Shown one piece after another: positions 31,848 through 40,819 of a stretch of 64,000 nt of DNA (the first letter of the stretch is position 1; each line of letters begins with the position of its first letter). The notes below the pieces were generated by a model that ran no database searches, was not told the origin of the DNA, and saw nothing but the letters and a program-made list of their open reading frames with translations. The position numbers and the translations under genes were made by a program. Origin of the DNA: Candidatus Omnitrophota bacterium (GTDB taxonomy: Bacteria; Omnitrophota; Gorgyraeia; Gygaellales; UBA12090); assembly GCA_030674475.1 (NCBI GenBank), contig JAUSCZ010000029.1, forward strand, positions 2,357 through 66,356, read 5' to 3'.

Positions 31848-33550
31848 CAAAGCCCAAAATTAAAAATAAATTCAAAGCCCAAATACCAAGCAACAAAATT
31901 CTTGTTTTGATGTTTGGTATTGGAATTTTAAATTTATTTTGTCATTTGCTCGCTGCTGAGGAACAAATCCCTAAAAATACAGAGCAACTGGAACAACAGA
32001 TTCTGGCTAATCCTCAAGAGAATGCCTTAGCCCTGGAAGAATTGTCCGGGCTTTACTTTTCCGGGGGTCAGTATAATCAGCTGGTGGATTTTTTGAGGAA
32101 ATTGGAGAAAACCGCTGTTTCCGGATGTGAATTGCCTTTAGGCTACCATATCGGATTGTGCCGTTATCATCAATTAAGGTATTTGGAGGAAACCAGGAAT
32201 TGGCCGGAGTATTTTGACCGGGGCAATTTTTATAGAGAAGAGCTGTTTCAAGAGACACTGAAAACAGTTTCTTTATGCCCGGAATCTCCTTTGGCGATTA
32301 AAGCTCAGGTTATCAACTGGCTTGAGCATAAGGCCCAAAATGACTCTTTAGGCAAAGATGCCCTGGATAAATTGATAAGTTTAATTAATACCTATGTAAA
32401 ACAAGAAGTAGAAGTATTAAATTTAGAGGTAATTAAGGAAGCGGCGGATATTTTACAAAGAGAAGAAGAGCCGGCTTTAGCCAAGGCCGTATATAATCTT
32501 TATGTCAGCCGTTTAGACAGCGCTAAAACAGCGAAGGAAGAACTGCGCTTGGCCGCCGAGAGCGCTTTAGAGAGCGGGAATATCTCTTTGGCTGAGATTG
32601 TCTACGAACGTTATATCAATGGCATTAAAGGGTTTCTTTCTAAAGAAGATTTAGCTAAAGAGTTGACGGTGATTGCCGAACACTTTAGGTTTAAGGATAT
32701 GGCTTATGCCGAGAAGATATTTACTATTTTAGAAGATTCCTGCGGGACAGGCTGTTTCAGCGAGGAGCTTCAATATTCGCGGGCCTATAATTTACAGCGG
32801 TTAAAAGATTATTCCAAGGCGCTACAGGAATATGAAAAGCTGGTGAAAAATTTTCCCGCGAGTCTTCGTATTAATGAAGCGGAATTTAAACTGGGCGTGC
32901 TTTACACCTATATAATATCTCAGAAGGGAGAAGGCTTAAATTATTGGCAAAAGGTTATTGAGCGCGATTCGGATTTAATTTTAGTAGTGGAAAGTTTATA
33001 TCATAGGGCTCTTATCAATCAATATGGTGAATATTTGACTCAAGCCTTGGCGGACTACTCCAGGATTTTAGAGCTCATTAATAATAATCCCGATTTTAAA
33101 GAACTCACGGAGCGCGTATACGGAAGGCAAAAAGAGATTCAGGAGTCAAAGCCTATAGAGTATAACCTGAAGACCTTTCTTGACGTTTCTTTAAAAAACG
33201 GGGGGATAATTAAATCTCAGGCGTTAGCTCTTAATCTTTCGGCAGAGCCTTTTAAAACTACCACGAGTCCTTCGACCGCGCTCATCATAGATAAACAGGT
33301 GAAATTCAGCCTCAATCAGCCTCAGGCAATGACCGGTTGCCTAGTTCCTGAGTTTACCTATCTTTGGTCCGGAGATTTAGGCGGTATTTATCCTGTTCCC
33401 GTAACTCCGGAATTTTCCGCCGATTATCAAACAAAAGGGGTCAAGGTTGTTAATGTGGTAGTCTTATCCGGATTAGAGCCGGTGGGAAGCGCCTTAGAAA
33501 TGGTGGATGTAGATGATGCTAAAGAGAAACCAGAAACCAGTAACCAGTAA
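31844..33550 (+). CDS. TPR-like helical repeat protein (568 aa) with an N-terminal signal or anchor.
   Basis: Predominantly alpha-helical repeats, and ATGA overlap coupling with the upstream glycoside hydrolase. I recognised no catalytic motif. Confidence 0.5.
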   Translation: MTKPKIKNKFKAQIPSNKILVLMFGIGILNLFCHLLAAEEQIPKNTEQLEQQILANPQENALALEELSGLYFSGGQYNQLVDFLRKLEKTAVSGCELPLGYHIGLCRYHQLRYLEETRNWPEYFDRGNFYREELFQETLKTVSLCPESPLAIKAQVINWLEHKAQNDSLGKDALDKLISLINTYVKQEVEVLNLEVIKEAADILQREEEPALAKAVYNLYVSRLDSAKTAKEELRLAAESALESGNISLAEIVYERYINGIKGFLSKEDLAKELTVIAEHFRFKDMAYAEKIFTILEDSCGTGCFSEELQYSRAYNLQRLKDYSKALQEYEKLVKNFPASLRINEAEFKLGVLYTYIISQKGEGLNYWQKVIERDSDLILVVESLYHRALINQYGEYLTQALADYSRILELINNNPDFKELTERVYGRQKEIQESKPIEYNLKTFLDVSLKNGGIIKSQALALNLSAEPFKTTTSPSTALIIDKQVKFSLNQPQAMTGCLVPEFTYLWSGDLGGIYPVPVTPEFSADYQTKGVKVVNVVVLSGLEPVGSALEMVDVDDAKEKPETSNQ

Positions 33551-36500
33551 CCAGTCCCGATTAACTATCGGGATCCCGACTCTGTCGGGAAAAAACGGGT
33601 TAAAGATAATAATCGTTATCTTTCTTCTGGCGTGCGGCGCGCGGCCTGCTTTTGCCCAAGGCGCGATAGGCGATTATCTCTGCGAGATTGCCGAATCCTA
33701 TTATCTTAACGGCCGATATGAGGACGCCTTGCACGAGTTTAATAAGGCCCTGCTTGCTGATCCTGAGAATGTTAAGGCCAGGAAATATGTGGATAAGCTC
33801 ACCGGAAAATCTAAAGACGCGCTCAAACAGAAAGAAACCAAAGAAATAAAGCTTAAAGAGAGCGTCTTACCTACCGGCCCTCGGCTTCGCCGCGAGGCGA
33901 GCAGGCAGGATTTTGACCTTTCCTTAAAGGAGAATGGGGAATTTATGCCGGTAACAGAGGAGCCGGTTGCCGTCCTTCCCTTTAAAAAAGAAAGCCCCAG
34001 GAGGAAAGACGCGGCTTTAATCGGTCCGCGCGAGTCCGCGCCGGAAGAGCCTGTTTTAGCCAAAGCCGGGCCAAAAAGAATAGAATCTGAAGCAAGTCAA
34101 AAGTCGAGAGTTATTTCTGAAAAAAAGCATATTGTTGAGCCGATTATTCCGGAAGAAACCAGGCCCAGGAAATTAATTACCAGGAACGAGGCGGAAAAGA
34201 GAAGAATTGTTTCTTCGGCCCTGAATGATTTTATAAAAGAAGAGAGACTTGAAAAAGGGGAAGTGATTCCGGTCAAACTTTCCGGAGAATATCAGATTGC
34301 CTTAGGCGCGACATCTGATGGCTTTGAGTGGAAAAAGGCCAATGGAAACCTTAATGAAAGAGATTATCATATTTTATCGGACGCGGCCTTAAATAATCGC
34401 GAAAATACCTTTGACCACCGGATATTTGACCGTTTCCGGGCAAATCTGGATACTAAGAATACCCAAGGCCTGAATTTCCATACCAATATAACAGTTGACC
34501 CCTGGAGCTTTATTGGTAAGTCCGACAAGTTTACCCTTAGCAATGCCTCTGGCACGGATAGCGCGGAAATAGAGCTGAAATACTGGTCAAACACCGGACG
34601 AGTTCTTAATGAAACTTTTTACACTAAAATCTTAGGTGATTCTTTTGCCATTCCGGAAATCAAGGTTAAGGATGACAAGACTTCGGCTCTGGCCCAGAAG
34701 ACAACCTTTGGCGGGACTTTTAATATCCCGTCAAAAAAAATCCATCGGGAATTTCAGCCGGTAAGAGAGTTATGGTTTGATTATGCTCTGGATAATGCCA
34801 AACTTAGGGTTTTTCCCCTGGCCCTGAGCGATCAGGCCTTAACCAGTGATGACCCTTTAGGGCTCTCTAATCACCATATTTATTGGGAGGAAAGCCCTTG
34901 GATTCTAAAGTGGGAGCCGGGTCATGTTAATACTGGTACCGGCGCCCGCGATTTTAGTTTGGGAAGATGGAGTGATTCTTTAGCTTTTGCTACCCGCGAC
35001 AGCAATCTGTTTCGGCTGACTGCTTTGAGGGGATTGTCTTTTGACTATCAACCTACGGATGAAACCTCATTTAAAATGACCGGCGCTTCTCCTAAGGGCC
35101 TGTGGCAGGATTATAATAGTTTTGATAGTTTTCCCATAGCCGCGCGTTTTAAGCAGGATATAGGCGATAAGTTGATGCTGGGCAGTACCTATACTTATCG
35201 CTTAGGCCTGAATGAAGATGAAAATTATGAGCGGGACGCGGTAAATTATACCTGGGGGCTTGACTCCGGATTTAGCCCGGTTATCGGAACCAAATTAGAA
35301 AGCGAAGTGGCTGTTTCGCTTTCTAAACAGGATATATCTTCCTCTTATTCCAGTAATAAGCGGGGAATGGCATATCATTTGGCTTTATTAGGTTCGCCGG
35401 ATAGAGACCTTTTAGGTTTGAATTATAATTCCATCAAACCCCAAGAAACAGATTTTTCTTTTTTTAAGGGAAGGCTGCAATTTACCCGTATGGATGAAGG
35501 TTTTGACCCGGCCTTAGCCAGCTATCGGGAAACCCGTAAGGACAGATTTTGGTCCCGGCATATTCATTTTAGAAAACCCTTTGCCAAGCTTTACAGCGAT
35601 ACCGATTATGGTGAGCCCAGTTTAAGCTGGGATGATGTTGCCCCTTCCGCTATCGGTGATGGGATTGATATTGGCCGGAATGTTTTTGGCCTGCGCCTGG
35701 AAGCCTCAACCTTAGACCGCAGGCTGGATGAGCTTTTTGATGTCAGGAATGTGCATAAATCCAACGGTAAATACTTAGAAAATGTAGCCCGTTCCGAGAC
35801 TACTTATAAGCCTACTGAGAAGCTGACCACCAAGGTTTTAGCGATCTATCACGATATGCATCAAACCCATGCCGGGAAAGACCCTTATTTAGTAGACGCG
35901 CAAAGCGACAGGATTGTTGATAACAGCATTATCCCGGATGATAAAAACCCCTCAACTAAAACTTTTTCTTTAGGAGCGAATTATGATTTTTTTGATTGGG
36001 TGTCGGCGTATAGCATTTGGGAATATTCCAATGATATTAACGCGGCCTACGAAGCCTTTCCCCGGGGGATTTTAAACAGCGGAAGTTTTGAGACCTTTAG
36101 GGAATACGGAAAGACCTTTCGCCGGTCAACCACCTTTTTGTATAACCAATATTATTTTCCCCTGCCGCCGTATCCTTTTAATAATTCTTATAAATTCGGG
36201 CTTACCTTGCGCCTGGCCCAGAGGTGGGAGATATTTTTGAATTTTACCCGCAATGAATATGAATATGCCGGGCCCATCACTGATGACATTAATCACGCCG
36301 GAATAGAGATAGCTTACAGCTTCAGCAAAAAGCTGAAATTTTTCACCAAGTACGCCTTTAGCGAGATGAACGATTTAATAATGATGAATGTCGGAGAGAA
36401 TGTGCGGTATGAAAATCATCACAATTTCTTTTTTGAAGGTAAATACAGTTTTACCTCTGACGATGAGCTGACTTTTCAATTTGGCGAGTTCGGGCGCTCA

Positions 36501-36596
36501 GCGATAAGCGTGCTGACCTTTGATCCTTTCGGCGGCTCACTGGGAATTTTAGATACCCAGCATATTTATCGTCTTTATTATCGTCGTAAGTTCTAG
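33513..36596 (+). CDS. Large outer-membrane protein (1027 aa) with a signal peptide, an N-terminal TPR and a C-terminal beta-barrel ending in an aromatic residue (RRKF).
   Basis: Signal peptide LKIIIVIFLLACGARPAFAQG; TPR YYLNGRYEDALHEFNKALLADPENVKARKY; alternating amphipathic beta-strands; a C-terminal Phe. Confidence 0.55.
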   Translation: MMLKRNQKPVTSNQSRLTIGIPTLSGKNGLKIIIVIFLLACGARPAFAQGAIGDYLCEIAESYYLNGRYEDALHEFNKALLADPENVKARKYVDKLTGKSKDALKQKETKEIKLKESVLPTGPRLRREASRQDFDLSLKENGEFMPVTEEPVAVLPFKKESPRRKDAALIGPRESAPEEPVLAKAGPKRIESEASQKSRVISEKKHIVEPIIPEETRPRKLITRNEAEKRRIVSSALNDFIKEERLEKGEVIPVKLSGEYQIALGATSDGFEWKKANGNLNERDYHILSDAALNNRENTFDHRIFDRFRANLDTKNTQGLNFHTNITVDPWSFIGKSDKFTLSNASGTDSAEIELKYWSNTGRVLNETFYTKILGDSFAIPEIKVKDDKTSALAQKTTFGGTFNIPSKKIHREFQPVRELWFDYALDNAKLRVFPLALSDQALTSDDPLGLSNHHIYWEESPWILKWEPGHVNTGTGARDFSLGRWSDSLAFATRDSNLFRLTALRGLSFDYQPTDETSFKMTGASPKGLWQDYNSFDSFPIAARFKQDIGDKLMLGSTYTYRLGLNEDENYERDAVNYTWGLDSGFSPVIGTKLESEVAVSLSKQDISSSYSSNKRGMAYHLALLGSPDRDLLGLNYNSIKPQETDFSFFKGRLQFTRMDEGFDPALASYRETRKDRFWSRHIHFRKPFAKLYSDTDYGEPSLSWDDVAPSAIGDGIDIGRNVFGLRLEASTLDRRLDELFDVRNVHKSNGKYLENVARSETTYKPTEKLTTKVLAIYHDMHQTHAGKDPYLVDAQSDRIVDNSIIPDDKNPSTKTFSLGANYDFFDWVSAYSIWEYSNDINAAYEAFPRGILNSGSFETFREYGKTFRRSTTFLYNQYYFPLPPYPFNNSYKFGLTLRLAQRWEIFLNFTRNEYEYAGPITDDINHAGIEIAYSFSKKLKFFTKYAFSEMNDLIMMNVGENVRYENHHNFFFEGKYSFTSDDELTFQFGEFGRSAISVLTFDPFGGSLGILDTQHIYRLYYRRKF
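33527..33554 (+). repeat. Heptanucleotide tandem repeat ((A/T)AACCAG, 4 copies) 14 nt downstream of the outer-membrane-protein start codon. It spans the stop of the upstream gene.
   Basis: aaaccagaaaccagtaaccagtaaccag. Confidence 0.85.
33884..33910 (+). repeat. Second copy of the GC-rich palindromic element (ggccctcggcttcgcc + gcgaggcgagcaggcagg), in-frame in the outer-membrane protein gene (encodes GPRLRREASRQD).
   Basis: Sub-motifs are identical to 21962-22040 but rearranged. Confidence 0.6.
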
Positions 36597-36660
36597 TACC
36601 GCGAAAGCGCCAACGTTAAAGTGCGAAATAAATTTTTGCGTCTTTGCGGCTAAATATTAT

Positions 36661-36688
36661 TTGACTTGCCAACATTTTGATATATAAT
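36661..36688 (+). promoter_or_regulatory. Sigma-70-like promoter of the ROK regulator gene (TTGACT, 16-nt spacer, TATAAT).
   Basis: ttgacttgccaacattttgatatataat. Confidence 0.45.
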
Positions 36689-36704
36689 GAGTTACAATTA
36701 TAAG

Positions 36705-36737
36705 CAAAATCTTTAGCGCTCAAGAAGCAGATTTTGT
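36705..36737 (+). promoter_or_regulatory. 33-bp palindromic operator-like site, copy 1, downstream of the ROK promoter.
   Basis: caaaatctttagcgctcaagaagcagattttg, with arms caaaatct / agattttg. Confidence 0.45.
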
Positions 36738-36764
36738 AAGATCCTTCGGCAGAAGCTCAGGATC

Positions 36765-36800
36765 AACAAAATCTTTAGCGCTCAAGAGGCAGATTTTGTT
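36765..36800 (+). promoter_or_regulatory. 33-bp palindromic operator-like site, copy 2. It differs from copy 1 by 1 nt and lies 60 bp downstream of it.
   Basis: aacaaaatctttagcgctcaagaggcagattttgtt. Confidence 0.45.
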
Positions 36801-36828
36801 GAAAAGCCACGGAGAAAGGCAACATAAA

Positions 36829-38070
36829 ATGATTACTCCTTACTTAAGAGGTGAAGAGTATACCGAAAGAGAAAAACGCAACTTAGCTATACTTGAGATA
36901 GTCCGGCGCTTTGGGCCGATTACCCGTCCGGAGATATCCCGTACCTTAGGTTTAAATATAGTTACGGTATCTAATTACATTGAAGAGTTCATTAATAAAA
37001 ATCTGGTCTTTGAAAAAGAATTTGATATTTCCGAAGGCGGCAGACGGCCTATTCTTTTAGACATTAATCCGGAGAGCGGTTTTGTCATCGGTATCGGGGT
37101 AAACCTTTTAAACATTGTCGGCGTCCTGGTGGATTTTAAAGGAAAAGTCCTCACCCGCAGTTCTTTAGAGCGTAAGGATATCGGAGTCAGAGACATAGTC
37201 AACTGCATCATTGAGGTAATCTCTCAGATAGTAAGCAAGACCAAAAACAATAACACCAAAATAAAAGGCGTGGGTATCGGCATAGCCGGGATAATCAATA
37301 AAAAAGACGGCTCCCTGCGCTGGCCGGAAAAGGTAGGCAGCGGATACGACTATGCCTCCATATATGTGCCCTTAAAAAATATCATTGAGAAGCAGTTCGG
37401 GCTTCCGGTGATCATTGAAAACGATGCCACCTCCGCCTGTTTCGGAGAGCAGTGGCTGGATTTAGAGCCGGGGATAAAACATCTGGTTTATATGTTTTCC
37501 GGGGTTGGCTGCGGGATTATGATCAACGGCGAGATATACACCGGTGCCGGCGGTTCGGCGGGCGAGGTTTCTATTTATAATCCTAAAGAAGAAACGCCTT
37601 TTAACTGTTCGGCGGGAAAGCCCTGTTTCTTAAAGCGCTGGGATATTGATTTTGGGATGACCCAGGAAGCCAGAAGAAGAATCGCGGGGCAATCGGATGC
37701 CAAGGAAGAAGGTAAAAGGATTTTAGAGCTGGCCAATGGCGAGGTGAAGAATATACACTTAAAACATATATTTCAGGCCGCCAAGGAAAGCGACCCCCTG
37801 GCGCTTGAGCTGTTGGACCAGGCGGCAAAACAGCTGGGAATCAAGATAGCCTATTTAGTTAATTTTCTTAATCCTGAGGTAGTGATTATCGGCGGAGGGC
37901 TGGAAGAGGCTGGGGATGTGTTTTTAAATACCGTTCGCTCAACCGTAAGCGCCTGGGCCTTTGAAGAGATGGTTTCTAACGTGAGAATAGTATATTCCAC
38001 ATTAGGTGAGAACGCGGTAAGCCTGGGGGCCGCGAGCCTTTTGATGCGCCAGGTATTTTGTCAGGCCTAA
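36829..38070 (+). CDS. ROK-family protein (NagC/XylR-type repressor with an N-terminal winged HTH and a sugar-kinase-like domain).
   Basis: The HTH is LAILEIVRRFGPITRPEISRTLGLNIVTVSNYIEEF. The ROK glycine-rich motifs GIGVNLLN...GVGIGIAGIIN and the Cys/His cluster are present. The start is placed at the ATG after the operators; the ORF track has 36796. Confidence 0.8.
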   Translation: MITPYLRGEEYTEREKRNLAILEIVRRFGPITRPEISRTLGLNIVTVSNYIEEFINKNLVFEKEFDISEGGRRPILLDINPESGFVIGIGVNLLNIVGVLVDFKGKVLTRSSLERKDIGVRDIVNCIIEVISQIVSKTKNNNTKIKGVGIGIAGIINKKDGSLRWPEKVGSGYDYASIYVPLKNIIEKQFGLPVIIENDATSACFGEQWLDLEPGIKHLVYMFSGVGCGIMINGEIYTGAGGSAGEVSIYNPKEETPFNCSAGKPCFLKRWDIDFGMTQEARRRIAGQSDAKEEGKRILELANGEVKNIHLKHIFQAAKESDPLALELLDQAAKQLGIKIAYLVNFLNPEVVIIGGGLEEAGDVFLNTVRSTVSAWAFEEMVSNVRIVYSTLGENAVSLGAASLLMRQVFCQA

Positions 38071-38092
38071 GGGAAAGATTGAGGGAGGGGTA

Positions 38093-39376
38093 ATGGACAA
38101 GAAGATAAAGCTTATCGCCATCATTTTAGGGGCGTTGTGTTTAGCGGCTTTATTTACCGCTTTCAGCTATGTCAATAAATACAAAGCGGTTGTCCGGGAT
38201 AATCAGCAATTAGAGAAAGATAAACAGGATCTGCGTCAGGAAAACAACGTCCTGGCCCAAAAGTCAGCCTCTTCCCAACAGGAGGCGTCCCGGCTTAAGG
38301 AGCGCTATGATGACCTAAAGTCGGAAAATGATCATTTGACCTCTGAAAGGGATGACCTAAAGAAGAGATATGATGATATTTCCGAAGAAAAGAATAAACT
38401 GATAGATAAGCTTCAGGACGCCCTGGCTAAAGGTACTGCTGAGGAAGCATCCGGCGCCCAAATGCCGGAAGTTATCGGGGATCAATATTGGGCTAATGTT
38501 TTAAAGGAAAAGCAGAATTTAGAGCTTCAATTGGCGGATTTAAGGGACAAATTGAGAAACAGCGAATTGATGATGTCTGAGCTTTCCGGAAATAAGAGCG
38601 ATTTTGAGCTGGAACTTCAAAAGGTGAGCAAAGAGAAGGATGAAATTCAGCGCCAGCTTGAGTATAACGAAAAGATGGCTGACAGCTTATCTTTACAGTT
38701 GGTCAGGGAAAAAGATGATAAGCGTAAATTAGAAAAGCAGGCCAATCTCCTGAAAGAAGAGAATTATGCTTTAAGAAACCGCCTGAAAGAAGTTACCGGC
38801 ACTAAGGTTTCTTTGGAGAAGAAACTTAAAGCGGCCGAAGACAAGCGTTTGGAATTATATAATAGATTAAATCAGACGGATCTGCTTATGCAGGAAAAGC
38901 TCTCAGAGGTTATGGATGTCAAACAGGATTTAAGAGATATCAGGAAGGGCGCAACTCCTATTTCCGGTTCAGCGGTTGAGCTTTCTCCTATTGTGGTTCA
39001 TGGCAGTCAGGAGGAGGTTGCTTTTAGGGAGCCTGAAGCCGCGGTCAAAGAGCCTGAATACCAACAGCTAAATCCGGCATCGCTGCCTCTTGAAGTGCCC
39101 ATATCTTCTCAGGAGATAATGGTGGACGCCAGTCAAGGCGCTGAGGACAATCCCCTGGCGTTAACCGCTAAAATCCGCAGCGTAGACAGCGATAATAATT
39201 TTGTAATTTTTGATGCCGGAGCGAATCAGGGAATCCGTAAGGGCCAGGTTCTGAATGTATTCCGGAATTCTAAAATGATCGCCGCCTTGGAGGTTATTGA
39301 GACCAAGGCCAATGTCAGCGCCGCGGATATCAAGGAAAAGATCTCAGAGCCCCGGTCAGGCGATACGGTAAGATAG
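38093..39376 (+). CDS. Membrane-anchored coiled-coil protein (427 aa) of unknown function.
   Basis: An N-terminal transmembrane segment, about 250 aa of heptad-rich sequence, and a small C-terminal beta domain. The RBS is GGGAGGGGG. Confidence 0.5.
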   Translation: MDKKIKLIAIILGALCLAALFTAFSYVNKYKAVVRDNQQLEKDKQDLRQENNVLAQKSASSQQEASRLKERYDDLKSENDHLTSERDDLKKRYDDISEEKNKLIDKLQDALAKGTAEEASGAQMPEVIGDQYWANVLKEKQNLELQLADLRDKLRNSELMMSELSGNKSDFELELQKVSKEKDEIQRQLEYNEKMADSLSLQLVREKDDKRKLEKQANLLKEENYALRNRLKEVTGTKVSLEKKLKAAEDKRLELYNRLNQTDLLMQEKLSEVMDVKQDLRDIRKGATPISGSAVELSPIVVHGSQEEVAFREPEAAVKEPEYQQLNPASLPLEVPISSQEIMVDASQGAEDNPLALTAKIRSVDSDNNFVIFDAGANQGIRKGQVLNVFRNSKMIAALEVIETKANVSAADIKEKISEPRSGDTVR

Positions 39377-39527
39377 TGCGCTGTTAATTTAATTTTTAAT
39401 AAGACAGCGCACAGAGCAATTGAGCAATAGACAATAGAACAATAGACAAACAAAAGCTCAATTGCGGTCTAATGCTCTATTGTTCAAAAACTAATTTAAC
39501 AATCAGACTGTGTCGCAATCTCTTAAA

Positions 39528-39636
39528 ATGACCATTTTGTCATTCTGAGGGAGCAAAGTGACCGAAGAATCTCGTCGGTAATTTAAAAAACGAGATCCTT
39601 CGCTAGCGCTCAGGATGACATTATGACACAGTCTGA
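39528..39636 (+). repeat. Long imperfect palindrome (arms of about 40 bp) in the intergenic region upstream of the LacI-family gene.
   Basis: gtcattctgagggagcaaagtgaccgaagaatctcgtcgg ... aacgagatccttcgctagcgctcaggatgacatt are approximately reverse-complementary. Confidence 0.45.
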
Positions 39637-39688
39637 ATACAATAGTCTTTAAACTTCTCTCTTTAGAAACATCCCTCCTATCCTATAA

Positions 39689-40687
39689 ATGAAACAGAAA
39701 AAGACCGGCATCCAGGAAGTCGCGGACCTGGCAGGGGTATCCATTACTACCGTTTCCCGGGTAATCAATAAAATATCCAGCGTAAGCGAAGCCAACCGTA
39801 AAAGGGTGGAAGAAGTTGTTCGCCGGCTTAAGTTTGTCCCCTCTCCTGCCGCCCAGGCCCTGGCCCGGGGAGTTACTCACAACACTATATCCTTAGTTAT
39901 CCCCCGATACGAAGGCATATTTTATTCCTTTTACGCTTTGGAACTTATCCGGGGAATCGGCACCCTTTGTGATGCCTTAAAACTTGACCTTTTACTGCAT
40001 CTGACCGACGGAAGAGACGCCTTAAGCTGTAAGGCAGTCTCCGGAATAATCTTCGCCGATATCATCGGAAACCGCCAGCAGTTAGAATGGGCTTTAAACG
40101 AGAGAATACCCACGGTGGTTATCAATAACTTTATTGAAGATCTCAAGGTAAGCTGTATTGCCGTGGATAATTTTAAGGGCTCAAAAGACGCGGTGAACTA
40201 TCTTATCAGCTTAGGCCATAAAAAAATAGCCCATATTGCCGGAGACACCATAACTCAGTCCGCGGCCTTGCGCCTGGAAGGCTATAAAGAGGCTTTGATT
40301 GAAAATAAAATTAAGGAGAACCCGGAATATATCATCAAGACCGATTATTCCCGGGGCGAGGCCCGCCAGGCGGCCGAGAAGCTTCTTTTGTTAAAAGACG
40401 CGCCTACCGCTATATTTATCGCCTCGGATTCGATGGCCTTAGAGGTAATCGCGGTAATTATGGAAAAAGGCAAAAAAGTGCCGGAGGATATCTCTGTTGT
40501 CGGCTTTGATGACAATCCCTCCAGCCTCTACGGCGCGGTTGCCATTACCACCGTGCGACAGCCTTTGATTAAGATGGCTGAAGAAGGGGTCAAGGAGTTA
40601 AACAGCTTAATTAACGGCAAAAAAGAACTGGCCATGGTTAAGCTTCCCGCGGAACTGGTAATCAGGGATTCCTGCAAGGCAATTTAA
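39689..40687 (+). CDS. LacI-family transcriptional regulator.
   Basis: The N-terminal HTH is IQEVADLAGVSITTVSRVIN. The periplasmic-binding-fold sugar-binding core ends in the characteristic VVGFDD...TTVRQP. Confidence 0.85.
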   Translation: MKQKKTGIQEVADLAGVSITTVSRVINKISSVSEANRKRVEEVVRRLKFVPSPAAQALARGVTHNTISLVIPRYEGIFYSFYALELIRGIGTLCDALKLDLLLHLTDGRDALSCKAVSGIIFADIIGNRQQLEWALNERIPTVVINNFIEDLKVSCIAVDNFKGSKDAVNYLISLGHKKIAHIAGDTITQSAALRLEGYKEALIENKIKENPEYIIKTDYSRGEARQAAEKLLLLKDAPTAIFIASDSMALEVIAVIMEKGKKVPEDISVVGFDDNPSSLYGAVAITTVRQPLIKMAEEGVKELNSLINGKKELAMVKLPAELVIRDSCKAI

Positions 40688-40819
40688 TTTTAAAAATCCT
40701 AAATCCGAAATCCTAAACAAATCCAAAACCCAAATTCTCTAAATCCCCCGCCATTGGCGGGACAGGCAAAACATTCTATTTTGAGTTTGTTTAGAATTTA
40801 GAGTTTAGAATTTAGTGTT

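Noticed and set aside
26733-33554. The 7-mer tandem arrays as a CRISPR array.
   Set aside because: The units are 7 nt with no spacers, and they sit inside ORF 5' ends. There are no cas genes. They are simple tandem repeats.
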